Position numbers and translations under genes: made by a program. DNA of 64,000 nt from an uncultured Spirochaetota bacterium (GTDB lineage Bacteria; Spirochaetota; Spirochaetia; SZUA-6; Fen-1364): NCBI GenBank assembly GCA_963781885.1, contig CAWAHW010000002.1, positions 448,001-512,000 of the forward strand, read 5' to 3'. The first letter of the stretch is position 1. Each line of letters opens with the position of its first letter. The notes beneath the pieces are model-generated. The model saw only the letters and a program-made list of their open reading frames with translations, was not told the DNA's origin and did not search any database. This document shows, in pieces, positions 18,988-28,073 of the stretch.

Positions 18988-20325
18988 GTGAAAAAAAGGC
19001 GTGACACAGTTGGCATAAGCGATATCGGGATCTATGTGCCCCCACCGATGATCGATTTGCAGGAAATTGTCGCGAGGCGGGTAAGTGAAAACCCCAGGAT
19101 GCAAAGGCACCTTGAAAGGGCCTGGCGGGTGACCGGACAGAAAGCGATCCGCTTTCCCGAGAGCTGGCAGGATACAGCCACTCTTGCGGCGGAAGCGGCG
19201 CGGAATCTCGTGCAACAGAACCCCGACGTGGACCCTTCATCTATTCGGCATCTTGCCGTCGGGACGGAGAGTGGCGTCGATCATTCGAAGCCGGTCTCCG
19301 CGTACGTGCAGGGGATGCTGCAGCGGGCGGGTGTGGCGCTCCCGTTTTCTCTTTCCAGCTTCCAGGCCCAGCACGCGTGCGCCGGTGGCACCGTGGCCCT
19401 TCTCAGCGTCGCGGGTCTCTTGGCTGCGGGAGGCCGCAGCGGCGAGGGGGGCCTCGTGATCGCTTCCGACGTCGCGCGCTACCAGACAGGCTCCACGGCG
19501 GAGATGACGCAAGGGGCAGGGGCGGTGGCGCTGCACGTGGAGCTTGCTCCCCGATTGCTGGAGATAGATCTCGGGAGCATCGGGTTTCATTCCCGCGATA
19601 CGGATGATTTTTTCCGGCCGATCGGCTCTTCGACGGCCCGGGTCAATGGCGGTTACTCAATGAAATGCTACGCGGACGGCCTGGACGAAGCCTTCCTGGA
19701 TCTCTGCGCACGAAGCGGGCAGGATCCGGAGAAGACCCTTCGGGAAAACGACTTCTTTGTCCTCCACACTCCTTTCAGGAACATGCCCGCGACCGCCCTG
19801 GAGAAGCTCTTGCAGCGCCGGCTGGGCATGGACGCCGACCAGTCCCGGGAGTTCCTCCGTGGACGCGGATTCTTTCCTTCCATAGATGCCCTCGCGCGGA
19901 TAGGGAACATCTACACGGGATCGATCTATGCGGCGCTGGCCTTCCTCCTGGAAGACCGCTATCGTGCGATGGGGACGGGCATCGTCGGCAAAAGAATCCT
20001 TTTTGCCTCCTACGGATCCGGAAACACGACGATCGTTTTTTTCGCGCGGATCATGCCTTCCGCGCCGCGGGTGATCGCTCGCTGGAACCTCGCGCGTATC
20101 TTCGACTCGGCGCGGAACGCCGACTTCGATGAGTACGCGCGATGGGCGTCCGGGTCATCCGGACCGGAGCTCTCCCCGGGATCCACCGTCCCGCCGGATT
20201 CATTCTTTCTCAGCGCGGTGAGAGAGGATGGCTATCGCGTGTACGCAGAGGCTGGTGATGGGACGGCGTCCGCGGAAAGAGAAATTCCTCTTGTCTTGCC
20301 CGAACCGGTAGCGGCTTTCGTCTAG
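18988..20325 (+). CDS. mvaS: Hydroxymethylglutaryl-CoA synthase
   Basis: GTESGVDHSKP (Glu), HACAGG (Cys), E.TQGAGAVA, DFFRP, HTPF (His), GNIYTGS, SYGSG; GGAGG before GTG. Confidence 0.88.
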   Translation: MKKRRDTVGISDIGIYVPPPMIDLQEIVARRVSENPRMQRHLERAWRVTGQKAIRFPESWQDTATLAAEAARNLVQQNPDVDPSSIRHLAVGTESGVDHSKPVSAYVQGMLQRAGVALPFSLSSFQAQHACAGGTVALLSVAGLLAAGGRSGEGGLVIASDVARYQTGSTAEMTQGAGAVALHVELAPRLLEIDLGSIGFHSRDTDDFFRPIGSSTARVNGGYSMKCYADGLDEAFLDLCARSGQDPEKTLRENDFFVLHTPFRNMPATALEKLLQRRLGMDADQSREFLRGRGFFPSIDALARIGNIYTGSIYAALAFLLEDRYRAMGTGIVGKRILFASYGSGNTTIVFFARIMPSAPRVIARWNLARIFDSARNADFDEYARWASGSSGPELSPGSTVPPDSFFLSAVREDGYRVYAEAGDGTASAEREIPLVLPEPVAAFV

Positions 20326-20334
20326 GGGGCGGCG

Positions 20335-21837
20335 ATGATTCGCAAGGCAATCATGGCGAGACTCGGCGGGAATTGCATCCGCACAAACACGGTCCACGAG
20401 AACCTGCCCGCCCGGATCGGGGGGCGCAAGAAGGTCGCCGTCATCGGGGCGGGCATTGCAGGTCTCACCGCCGCGACCATTCTTGCCGAAAGAGGCTTCG
20501 ACGTCACGCTCATGGAAAAGAACGCGTACCTCGGCGGCAAGACGGGCTTCTGGAAGGCGGTGCTGGAAGACGGATTCAAGACCCGGGTCGATCATGGTTT
20601 CCACGGATTCTTCCCTCAGTATTTCAACCTTCGTCGGCTCATGCAGCGGTGGGGAGCGTCACACCGACTCGTGCCGATCGGGGACTACAGGATTGCAACT
20701 CTGCGACAGGGAAGCTACAGCTTTAAAAGGGTCAGCACGACGCCCCTTCTCAACATGCTTTCGCTGTCAAAGACGGGCCTGTACCGCCTGCGAGACGTTG
20801 TGCGGAACCCTGAGGCGCGCCGCTTGCTTGCATTCCTGCGCTATGACGCGGAAAAGACCTTCGCGCGCTTCGATGGCGTTTCATTCCACGCGTTCGCCGA
20901 GGCCGCACGGATTCCGGCGCCGATGCGGATGATGTTCAACACCTTCAGCCGCGCCTTCTTCGCCGATCCCACGCTCATGTCGACCGCCGAGGTGATCAAG
21001 AGCTTCCACTTCTACTTCCTGAGCAATGACCTCGGGCTCCTGTTCGATTACCTCGACGGTGACTACGAGGATGCGCTGCTCGCTCCCGCCCGCGCCTGCC
21101 TGGAAAGGCTCGGGGTGACCGTTCTCACCGGACGACCCGTGCGGCGGATCGAGAGGAGGGGCCGTTCCTTGGCCGTTGAAGGGCTCGAGGTCGACGACGT
21201 CGTGTGCGCCGCCGATGCACGATCCACGCGGCAGATCGTCGAACGATCCCCTTTCATCGAAGCGGAGGACCCGGCGGCGTTCGCGCGCTTTGGACGCCTG
21301 CGCGCGTCCCAGGGCTACGCGGTCCTCCGGCTGTGGCTCGACGCGCCGGTGCATTGGGACGGTCCGCCTTTTCTCGCGACAGACCGCCGCCGGCTCCTCG
21401 ACTCCATGAGCTTTTTTCACCGGATAGACCGCGCGTCGGCGGACTGGGCGGCGCAGAACAACGGCTCCGTCGTCGAGCTGCACTCCTACGCTCTTCCCCG
21501 GGATCGACCCGGCGACGAGGCGATACGCGAAGGGCTGATGGGGGAGATGAAGGAATACCTGCCGGAGCTGCGGGGCGCGCGCGCGGTGCATTCCCACCTG
21601 CAGGTGCGCGACGATTTCACCGCGTTTCACGTGGACATGCATGCCGACAGACCGGGAACCCGGACCAGGGTGGCCAGCCTTTTTTTCGCGGGAGACTGGG
21701 TGAAGATCCGTCCCCCGGCCATGCTCATGGAGGCTGCCTGCACCTCGGCGGTGATTGCCGCGAACGCTGTTCTGGAAGCTGAAGGCGTGCGGGAAGAGCC
21801 GGTGTTCTCCGTGCCGGAAAAGGGACTGTTTGCATGA
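20335..21837 (+). CDS. crtU: Carotenoid phi-ring (isorenieratene) synthase-like FAD-dependent oxidoreductase, actinobacterial type without Rieske insert
   Basis: GAGIAGL..A..LAERG, GFHGFF.QY.NLR, FSRAFFA.P..MS.AE....FH.YFL, VELHSYA, LME.A.TS...AAN; located between crtB/crtY and crtI. Confidence 0.75.
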   Translation: MIRKAIMARLGGNCIRTNTVHENLPARIGGRKKVAVIGAGIAGLTAATILAERGFDVTLMEKNAYLGGKTGFWKAVLEDGFKTRVDHGFHGFFPQYFNLRRLMQRWGASHRLVPIGDYRIATLRQGSYSFKRVSTTPLLNMLSLSKTGLYRLRDVVRNPEARRLLAFLRYDAEKTFARFDGVSFHAFAEAARIPAPMRMMFNTFSRAFFADPTLMSTAEVIKSFHFYFLSNDLGLLFDYLDGDYEDALLAPARACLERLGVTVLTGRPVRRIERRGRSLAVEGLEVDDVVCAADARSTRQIVERSPFIEAEDPAAFARFGRLRASQGYAVLRLWLDAPVHWDGPPFLATDRRRLLDSMSFFHRIDRASADWAAQNNGSVVELHSYALPRDRPGDEAIREGLMGEMKEYLPELRGARAVHSHLQVRDDFTAFHVDMHADRPGTRTRVASLFFAGDWVKIRPPAMLMEAACTSAVIAANAVLEAEGVREEPVFSVPEKGLFA

Positions 21838-21906
21838 AGAAAAGCAGCGGGTGGAAATTGCCCCCTGCATTTGCTACCATGACGCATCCCTCGCGAGGAA
21901 AACACC

Positions 21907-22851
21907 ATGGCTGATTTCGCGTCACGACTTCACGAGCTCCGAAAGAAACGCGGGTTGCGCCAGAAAGACCTTGCGGTTTCCCTGGGGCTTGCGCAGACCA
22001 CGATCGCGAATTACGAGCAGAAGATGCGTTTTCCGGACGAAAAGACCCTTGGCATGATCGCCGATTTTTTCGGCGCGTCGCTCGACTACCTTTTGGGCAG
22101 GGCGGATGTCGACGCGGATGTCCGTCAGGCGAAGTCCATTGCGGAGACCCCCCTTGAGGGCCTCGCGCGGAAGTACTTTGATGTTCTGCGATCCGGCGAC
22201 CGCGACGGCGCTTTCCGCCTGGTACGCGAAGCTCTCTCACGCGGCGCGAGCGTTGCGGAGCTCTACCAGGACGTCTTCGAGGCAAGCCTGCGCGAGATCG
22301 GGCGACTGTGGGCCGCGGGGGAAGTCCCGGTCGCGGAAGAGCACGGCTTTTCGGAGGCAACGCAGCTCTTTATTTCACGCCTGCATTCCGCCATCGAGAC
22401 CGCCGCGCGCAGAAAGCGGAATCTCCACGCCGTGGTTTTCGCCGTCTACGGAGAGGCCCACGTGATCGGGGCGCGCATGGTGTCCGACCTCCTCGAGATG
22501 GACGGCTGGGACGTCGATCATCTTGGCGGGAACCTCTCCACACGACACGCGATGCGCGCTCTCCTGGATCGGCCCGCTCATCTCCTGGCGCTTTCCGTCT
22601 CCCTTGCCCAGCACCTCGGGGCGGCGGAAGACCTCATTGCGGCCGTCCGGGGGGAGAAGGCGCTGCGCGAGATGAAGCTCATGGTGGGCGGCCGCGTGTT
22701 TCACACGGCGCCCCACCTGTGGCAGGAGTTGGGTGCCGACGGGACGGCATTGACGGCCGTCGGCGCCGTCGGGGAGGCAGACAAGCTTCTTGGTGTCCAG
22801 GACCCCGGCGCCGACCCGTCCCGGACGGAGCAGGGGACCGTGACGGAGTAA
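21907..22851 (+). CDS. XRE-family HTH fused to B12-binding_2 and cobalamin-binding domains (CarH/LitR-like regulator)
   Basis: N-terminal LRKKRGLRQKDLA..LG....TIANYE...RFP HTH; W-x9-EH (WAAGEVPVAEEH); ExH motif GEAHVIGARMV; LG.N and LALSV. Confidence 0.85.
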   Translation: MADFASRLHELRKKRGLRQKDLAVSLGLAQTTIANYEQKMRFPDEKTLGMIADFFGASLDYLLGRADVDADVRQAKSIAETPLEGLARKYFDVLRSGDRDGAFRLVREALSRGASVAELYQDVFEASLREIGRLWAAGEVPVAEEHGFSEATQLFISRLHSAIETAARRKRNLHAVVFAVYGEAHVIGARMVSDLLEMDGWDVDHLGGNLSTRHAMRALLDRPAHLLALSVSLAQHLGAAEDLIAAVRGEKALREMKLMVGGRVFHTAPHLWQELGADGTALTAVGAVGEADKLLGVQDPGADPSRTEQGTVTE

Positions 22852-22876
22852 ACCCGTCGGCGCACGATCTCCTGCG

Positions 22877-24376
22877 TCATCTTCGATGGCGCCGGGCAAT
22901 CTCTTCCGCCACGATTCGCGACGAGATGAACGCCATTGGCACGCCGATACCCGGGTGCGTGTACCCACCTGTATACCAGAGATCCTCAACAGTACGGCTC
23001 TTGTGCGCGGGTCGGAACAGGGCAGTCTGCCGGAGCGTGTGCGCAAGACCGAGGGCGGTTCCCTTGTAGGCGTGGTAGGCGGAGGAAAAGTCATTCAGCG
23101 TGAAGATGCGCTCCGTGCGGATCGTGCCTCGAATGCGCTGCCCGATCACGGCTTCGACGTGGTCGAGCAGCTTCTCGCGATACGCCGCACGAATCTCGGC
23201 GGTATCCGGCAGACCCGGTGCAATGGGCACGAGGACCATCAAAGCCTCGCCACCGGCGGGCGCGACCCGTGGATCGGTGCGGGAAGGGGCGCAAATGTAG
23301 AAGCAGGGACTTTCGGGCCAGGCGGGGCGCTTCGTGATGGCCGCGAAATGAATGTTCCAGTCCTCGGCGAAATAGAGGTTGTGATGCGCGAGGCCGCCCG
23401 GCCGCCGATCCAGGCCGAGGTAAAGCAGGAACATGGACGGGGCGATCGTTCTCCGCTCCCAATAGCGCGTGCCGTAGCTCTGCTGCGCGGGGGCAAGAAG
23501 GGCGGTCTCCGCGTGGTGATAATCGGCGTTGACGGCGACGATGTCCGCTGCCATCCCACCGCCGTCCTTCAGGTGAACGCCACGGGCGGCGCCAGCCCGG
23601 ACTTCAATGCGGTCCACCTCGCGGCCCGTGAGGATCTCCACCCCGAGACTCCGATTGACGTCGAGCAGGGCGTCAACGATCGCCCCGATTCCGCCGGTCC
23701 CGCCTCCCGCAGGCAGGGGATAGAACACGCCGAGGTCGAGATCCGCATGCGACATCAGGGAATACAGCGCGGGAGCGCGGGACGGGTCGTTGCCCAGAAA
23801 GACCATGTGGTATTCAAGGAGCTGCCGCGCCCTGCGGTCGGAGAAGAAGCGCCGGGTGTGGCGATCGAGGCTCTGGAAGACGTTCAGTCGCGCGGCGTCG
23901 ACGATCGTGCGCCGGTTCAGGAACTGGAAAATCGAGGTGGCGTCCCGGTAAAGGAATTCTTTCAACGCGATGTCATATTTCCGGCGCGCCTCCGCAAGGT
24001 AGGCTGTGAGAAGGGCGGCGCCGCCGGGCTGCAGGCGCTCGAATGTCGCAAGGTTCGCTTTCCGCTCGGGCACGATGTCCACGACCTCCTCCGGGCTGAA
24101 GTACACCCGGTAGGAGGGGTCGAGTGCCACCAGACGATAGAGCTCCTCGCGACGACGACCGAACAGCGCGAAGAAATCGTCGAACACCTCCGGCATGAGG
24201 TACCACGTGGGGCCCATGTCGAATGTGAATCCTTCGGAGCGCCACACCCGTGCACGGCCTCCCGGTTGCTCGTTCTTTTCGAGAATGCTCACCCGCATGC
24301 CCTGGCGCGCGAGCAGCGCGCCAAGGGTGAGCCCGCCGAAGCCGGCCCCGACGATGATGACCCTTTCCTTGCCCAT
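22877..24376 (-). CDS. crtI: Phytoene desaturase
   Basis: GAGFGGL, GF.FDMGPTWYLMP, TALGLAHTL.QTALFRP, GGYTHPGIGVPM. Confidence 0.95.
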   Translation of the reverse strand: MGKERVIIVGAGFGGLTLGALLARQGMRVSILEKNEQPGGRARVWRSEGFTFDMGPTWYLMPEVFDDFFALFGRRREELYRLVALDPSYRVYFSPEEVVDIVPERKANLATFERLQPGGAALLTAYLAEARRKYDIALKEFLYRDATSIFQFLNRRTIVDAARLNVFQSLDRHTRRFFSDRRARQLLEYHMVFLGNDPSRAPALYSLMSHADLDLGVFYPLPAGGGTGGIGAIVDALLDVNRSLGVEILTGREVDRIEVRAGAARGVHLKDGGGMAADIVAVNADYHHAETALLAPAQQSYGTRYWERRTIAPSMFLLYLGLDRRPGGLAHHNLYFAEDWNIHFAAITKRPAWPESPCFYICAPSRTDPRVAPAGGEALMVLVPIAPGLPDTAEIRAAYREKLLDHVEAVIGQRIRGTIRTERIFTLNDFSSAYHAYKGTALGLAHTLRQTALFRPAHKSRTVEDLWYTGGYTHPGIGVPMAFISSRIVAEEIARRHRR

Positions 24377-24418
24377 GAAGCGGAAGGCGGCGCCCGACCC
24401 CTGTCGGACGGACAGCTT

Positions 24419-25303
24419 TCACCTTTCTATGGAAACCCCAAGGGTGAGGGCCGCGGTCGCCAGAACATTCTGGGTGTACGGGTTTGCGGCGGTCTGCGTC
24501 GTTGCCGACGTGTACGAATAGGCGTTGTTGCCGATGGCGCCGCCGCCGACGCTTCGAATGGTCGCGTACGCGGTTGCCCCGCGCATGAACGATGTCTTTG
24601 CGCTGAGGGCTGCGTCCCAGATCCAGCCGGTAAACTGCTGGGTGGAGCCGTTGAAAAAGGCGCTGGAAGCGTAGAAGCCGTCAGCCTCGAAATCCAGGCC
24701 GAAAAGTGGGGAGAACCAGTGGGCGGCATGCACCTTCAGAACGGGCACCGGGCCGATGTTTTGCGACACGGCCCGCACCGCCGGGGTCTGGTCCACGGAA
24801 GTAAAGACAATGGATGCATTCCTCACCTGGAGGCTGAGCCCGAGCCCGAGTATCGTCGATGGATCGTTTGAAAAATCGTAGAGGTAGCTCAGGCGCCAGA
24901 AGTCGAAGCCGTAGGTGATGTCGATGGGAGTGCCCGGCGTAAAAGAGGCGTCGTCGATGACGACGGGCTGGCCTTCATTGCTGCCGTTGCGGTCAGCGAC
25001 GGTGCGCGTGTTCAGCGTCAGGGGCTGGTAGAGGAACGTGAAACGGTTGTGACCGCCAAGGACCAGGTCGACTGAGTAGCGCTGGTAGGGAAAAAGTATG
25101 TCCTGGCCGCCCTGCGTGACGAGGTTGAAGTTGGTTCCGCTGGCGCCAGCCTGGTAAGTATGGTATAGCACGGCAAGGGCACCGAACTCAGCATGCGGAA
25201 CAATCTGGACGAAAGATACGTTTTCCTGGGCGGGAATCTGAACAAGGCCGGACAGAAACATTGCCACAATCACAATGGTTCCAACCATTAATCGTGATTT
25301 CAT
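24419..25303 (-). CDS. Secreted hypothetical protein, probable outer-membrane beta-barrel
   Basis: Signal peptide, alternating aromatic/polar beta-strand pattern; GAAGGAG RBS. Confidence 0.65.
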   Translation of the reverse strand: MKSRLMVGTIVIVAMFLSGLVQIPAQENVSFVQIVPHAEFGALAVLYHTYQAGASGTNFNLVTQGGQDILFPYQRYSVDLVLGGHNRFTFLYQPLTLNTRTVADRNGSNEGQPVVIDDASFTPGTPIDITYGFDFWRLSYLYDFSNDPSTILGLGLSLQVRNASIVFTSVDQTPAVRAVSQNIGPVPVLKVHAAHWFSPLFGLDFEADGFYASSAFFNGSTQQFTGWIWDAALSAKTSFMRGATAYATIRSVGGGAIGNNAYSYTSATTQTAANPYTQNVLATAALTLGVSIER

Positions 25304-25455
25304 TTGGTATTTACTCCTTCGAAGTGAAATATAACATCTTTTAGGTGTTCAACCAAGAAAAATGTAGAATAATGAATGTGCCTGCGCCTTGCAGCGCGAT
25401 AGCGCTAAAACCTGGTGTCTTGCGGGCCGAAGTGAGAGCGGCTACTATTCCAGCG

Positions 25456-26016
25456 ATGCGAGGCGCCCCCAGAAAGACATCGAAGGAAGCCGTCATCGCC
25501 GCGGCGCGCGCGCTGTTCACGGAGCATGGCGTCGAAGCTTCATCGGTGGCGGAGATAGCGTCGGCTGCGGGCACGGCAAAGGGCACCTTCTACCACTATT
25601 TCCCCTCGAAAGAGTCGCTTGTGGACGCCCTTTTTCGTCCCGACGCAGAAGCGCTCCTGGCGCTGGTTGCCGGGGACGGCTCCCGGCTCCGCATCGCAGC
25701 CATTGCCCGCGGCCTTCTTGATTTTTTTTCCACCCGCGCGCTTTTTCTCTCTGAGCTGCGCACCGCCTATCGCGGGCGCTTGCGCTACGGTTTCGTGAAG
25801 CTTGCACGGGGAGCCTTTGTCCCGCTGACGGCGCGCTATTACCGGCGTGACAGCCGCTTTGCGGTCCGCGACCTTGAGACATATTCGGAGCTCATTGTCG
25901 GCGCTGCCCTGGACCTTTGCAGCTATCGCCTCGTGCAGGGCAGGATTGCGGACGACAATGAGGCCCTCGTGATGCTGGAAGACCTGCTCAAACGCTTCTT
26001 CGACTGCGAGCCCTGA
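25456..26016 (+). CDS. TetR family transcriptional regulator
   Basis: AARALFTEHG....SVAEIA.AAG.AKGTFY.YF.SKE. Confidence 0.9.
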   Translation: MRGAPRKTSKEAVIAAARALFTEHGVEASSVAEIASAAGTAKGTFYHYFPSKESLVDALFRPDAEALLALVAGDGSRLRIAAIARGLLDFFSTRALFLSELRTAYRGRLRYGFVKLARGAFVPLTARYYRRDSRFAVRDLETYSELIVGAALDLCSYRLVQGRIADDNEALVMLEDLLKRFFDCEP

Positions 26017-27064
26017 TCGTCCGACGCGACCGGGGCATGCCGCCTTCTTCGATCGCCGTCACCAGCGCCGCCGGCTCGAACGGTTTGAAGCCCGGCGCTG
26101 CAAAGGCCTCCCGGGCAATGCGGTAAAGGCCGGCGTTCCACGGCGTCGGTACGGCGTTCTTTTCCGCCAGCCTGACGATGTAGCCCGTGAGCGATTCCAG
26201 CTCCGTTGCCGTACCGCCGCGGAGGAGGACGTCCTGGCTCATGCTCGAGCGCACCATCTTCGCCATGCTCGCCTTGAACATCCCGCGGGTGAGGGGGGCG
26301 GGAAGGACGGCGGAAGCGCGTATCTTGCCGAAGCCGGGCATATTGCCCACGTGGTACTCGCGGTAGCCGGCAGCCTGCACGACGCGGACGCCTTCGTCGA
26401 GCGTCTTCGAGACGAGGCGCTGCATCGAGCGAAGATCTGCGATCTCCCTATAGCCCTGGCCCACGAGGGTTGTGATCGTGTTCACAAGATTGACGACGAT
26501 CTTCGAATGAACGGCGTCACCCAGCCTGTCCGTGGCGGCCACCGGGAGCCCTTTCGTGAGCTCGGATGCAATAGCGTCGCGCTCCGCCCGCAGTGAGTTG
26601 TCCGGGGTGCCAATGACCAACGGGCCGCGGTTCTGCCAGCCGATCACCCCCGGCGAATCAAGCCACGCATTGTAGCCGACGACCGCGTAGAGGCAGCGCG
26701 TGAAGTGCTTCGGCAGGATGTTCTGGTTGTCGAGGCCGTTGGCCATCGACAGCGCAAGGGGCCTGCCCCTGGTGGCGGCTGCTGCCGCGCCGGCCACGGC
26801 ATCGAGACTGAAGTTCTTGACGCCGAAAACAAGCAGGTCGTCTTCCCCGAGCCCGTCGAGACTTCTGAGGACTCCGACCGTCACGCGACGTGCCGAGGCG
26901 GGGCCGTTCGCGCCGTCATAGTGGGAAATGCCGTTCGCTTCGATGGCTGCCAGGACCTCGGGCCTGTCGTGGCACCAGACCTCGCTGCGATTTTCGGCAA
27001 GCCATGCCGCGACGCTGCCGCCGATGGCCCCTGCTCCGACGAAAGCTATTTTTCCGATTGCCAT
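25988..27064 (-). CDS. Ketopantoate reductase (ApbA/PanE) family oxidoreductase
   Basis: GAGAIG, GVK, ANG, K.VVN..N, SSM.QD......TELE...G. Confidence 0.82.
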   Translation of the reverse strand: MAIGKIAFVGAGAIGGSVAAWLAENRSEVWCHDRPEVLAAIEANGISHYDGANGPASARRVTVGVLRSLDGLGEDDLLVFGVKNFSLDAVAGAAAAATRGRPLALSMANGLDNQNILPKHFTRCLYAVVGYNAWLDSPGVIGWQNRGPLVIGTPDNSLRAERDAIASELTKGLPVAATDRLGDAVHSKIVVNLVNTITTLVGQGYREIADLRSMQRLVSKTLDEGVRVVQAAGYREYHVGNMPGFGKIRASAVLPAPLTRGMFKASMAKMVRSSMSQDVLLRGGTATELESLTGYIVRLAEKNAVPTPWNAGLYRIAREAFAAPGFKPFEPAALVTAIEEGGMPRSRRTIRARSRRSV

Positions 27065-27068
27065 TTTT

Positions 27069-27938
27069 CTACTCCTTGTCGTCCTCGAGCGGAAGATCGA
27101 AATACGAGTTCATCGATGCCGCGTAGCGCGTCTGGAGCGGCCGGGTCTCCACGTCCAGCCGACGGAGGACATCTGAAGCCTCCCCGCGACCGAGCATGAG
27201 AGCTTCCCTGCCCCGGTGCGAACCGAAAAGGCTCTCCGCGTGAAGGGCAACGCAGAAGTCCCCGGCAAAGGCAGTAGGGCTTCTCCGCAGCCTTCCGTCC
27301 TTTTTCGTGGCGAGGAAGGACCTGACATCGAGGGTCTTGACTTTTCCCCGTGTGGGCACCTCGAGGGAAAGATCCAGCGTCGCGCCGTCCTCCGCATAGC
27401 TTTCGAACCGGATGCTGTCAGCAGTCTCCCTATAGTCGATGCGCCGCGTGATCTTGGGCAGGTTCCAGAAGTGCCTGCCCCGCAGACGATTTTCTTCAGA
27501 GGTGACCGGCATGAACGCGATGCAATAGCCGGCGTCAGGCCCGCTGGCGAAGGCGCCCAGCACGGGGAAGCCTGCCTTCCCGTCCAAACGCAGGGGCATG
27601 GCGATGGCGAGCTCGTTGTACGGCCGTATGCCCCGCACGCTGCGATACTCGTAACAGGAAATAGCGACGATGCTCCGTCCGCCCAGCATTCGCGGCGGAA
27701 CGGCCTCGGCGTCAAGGAGCTCAGCGAGGAGCTTCCGTGCCGCTTTGTAGTCGCAATGGAAAATTCCCTGGGCGCAGCGCACATTTGCGTAGAGGGTGGG
27801 AAAGAGGTACTCCTTGGGCTTGCCGTTCAGGAGGAGGGGCTCCTTCGCGAGTTTCACCTTGAGCTGCGCGAAGAAGGGATGGCTGAAATCCGCTTCATTG
27901 TCGAACAGCTCTGTTGGGAGATCGAAGTGGGGTTTCAT
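27069..27938 (-). CDS. Acetoacetate decarboxylase superfamily protein
   Basis: YEYR...I.PYNEL, PVTSE....GRHFWNLPK (Schiff-base Lys position). Confidence 0.75.
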   Translation of the reverse strand: MKPHFDLPTELFDNEADFSHPFFAQLKVKLAKEPLLLNGKPKEYLFPTLYANVRCAQGIFHCDYKAARKLLAELLDAEAVPPRMLGGRSIVAISCYEYRSVRGIRPYNELAIAMPLRLDGKAGFPVLGAFASGPDAGYCIAFMPVTSEENRLRGRHFWNLPKITRRIDYRETADSIRFESYAEDGATLDLSLEVPTRGKVKTLDVRSFLATKKDGRLRRSPTAFAGDFCVALHAESLFGSHRGREALMLGRGEASDVLRRLDVETRPLQTRYAASMNSYFDLPLEDDKE

Positions 27939-27955
27939 TTATGCCTCCGAATATA

Positions 27956-28073
27956 TGACCTTGGGTCACAATAAGGTATTCCCGAATTTTCATCAAGCAG
28001 CTCTTGTCAGAGTTCCTTGTCGGCTGCATCTTGACAAATGACTTGAGGTCATTTATTATATGACTCGTGGTCA
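27956..28073. promoter_or_regulatory. Three TGAC-N5-GTCA palindromic operators and a sigma70 promoter in the divergent Adc / TetR region
   Basis: Sites at 27956-27968, 28039-28051 and 28061-28073; TTGACA(28031)-17nt-TATTAT(28054). Confidence 0.8.

Noticed and set aside
22886-24871. Long antisense ORFs (e.g. 661 aa here, 642 aa at 40672-42600, 570 aa at 16870-18582)
   Set aside because: Shadow frames of well-supported genes in GC-rich DNA, with no recognisable motifs
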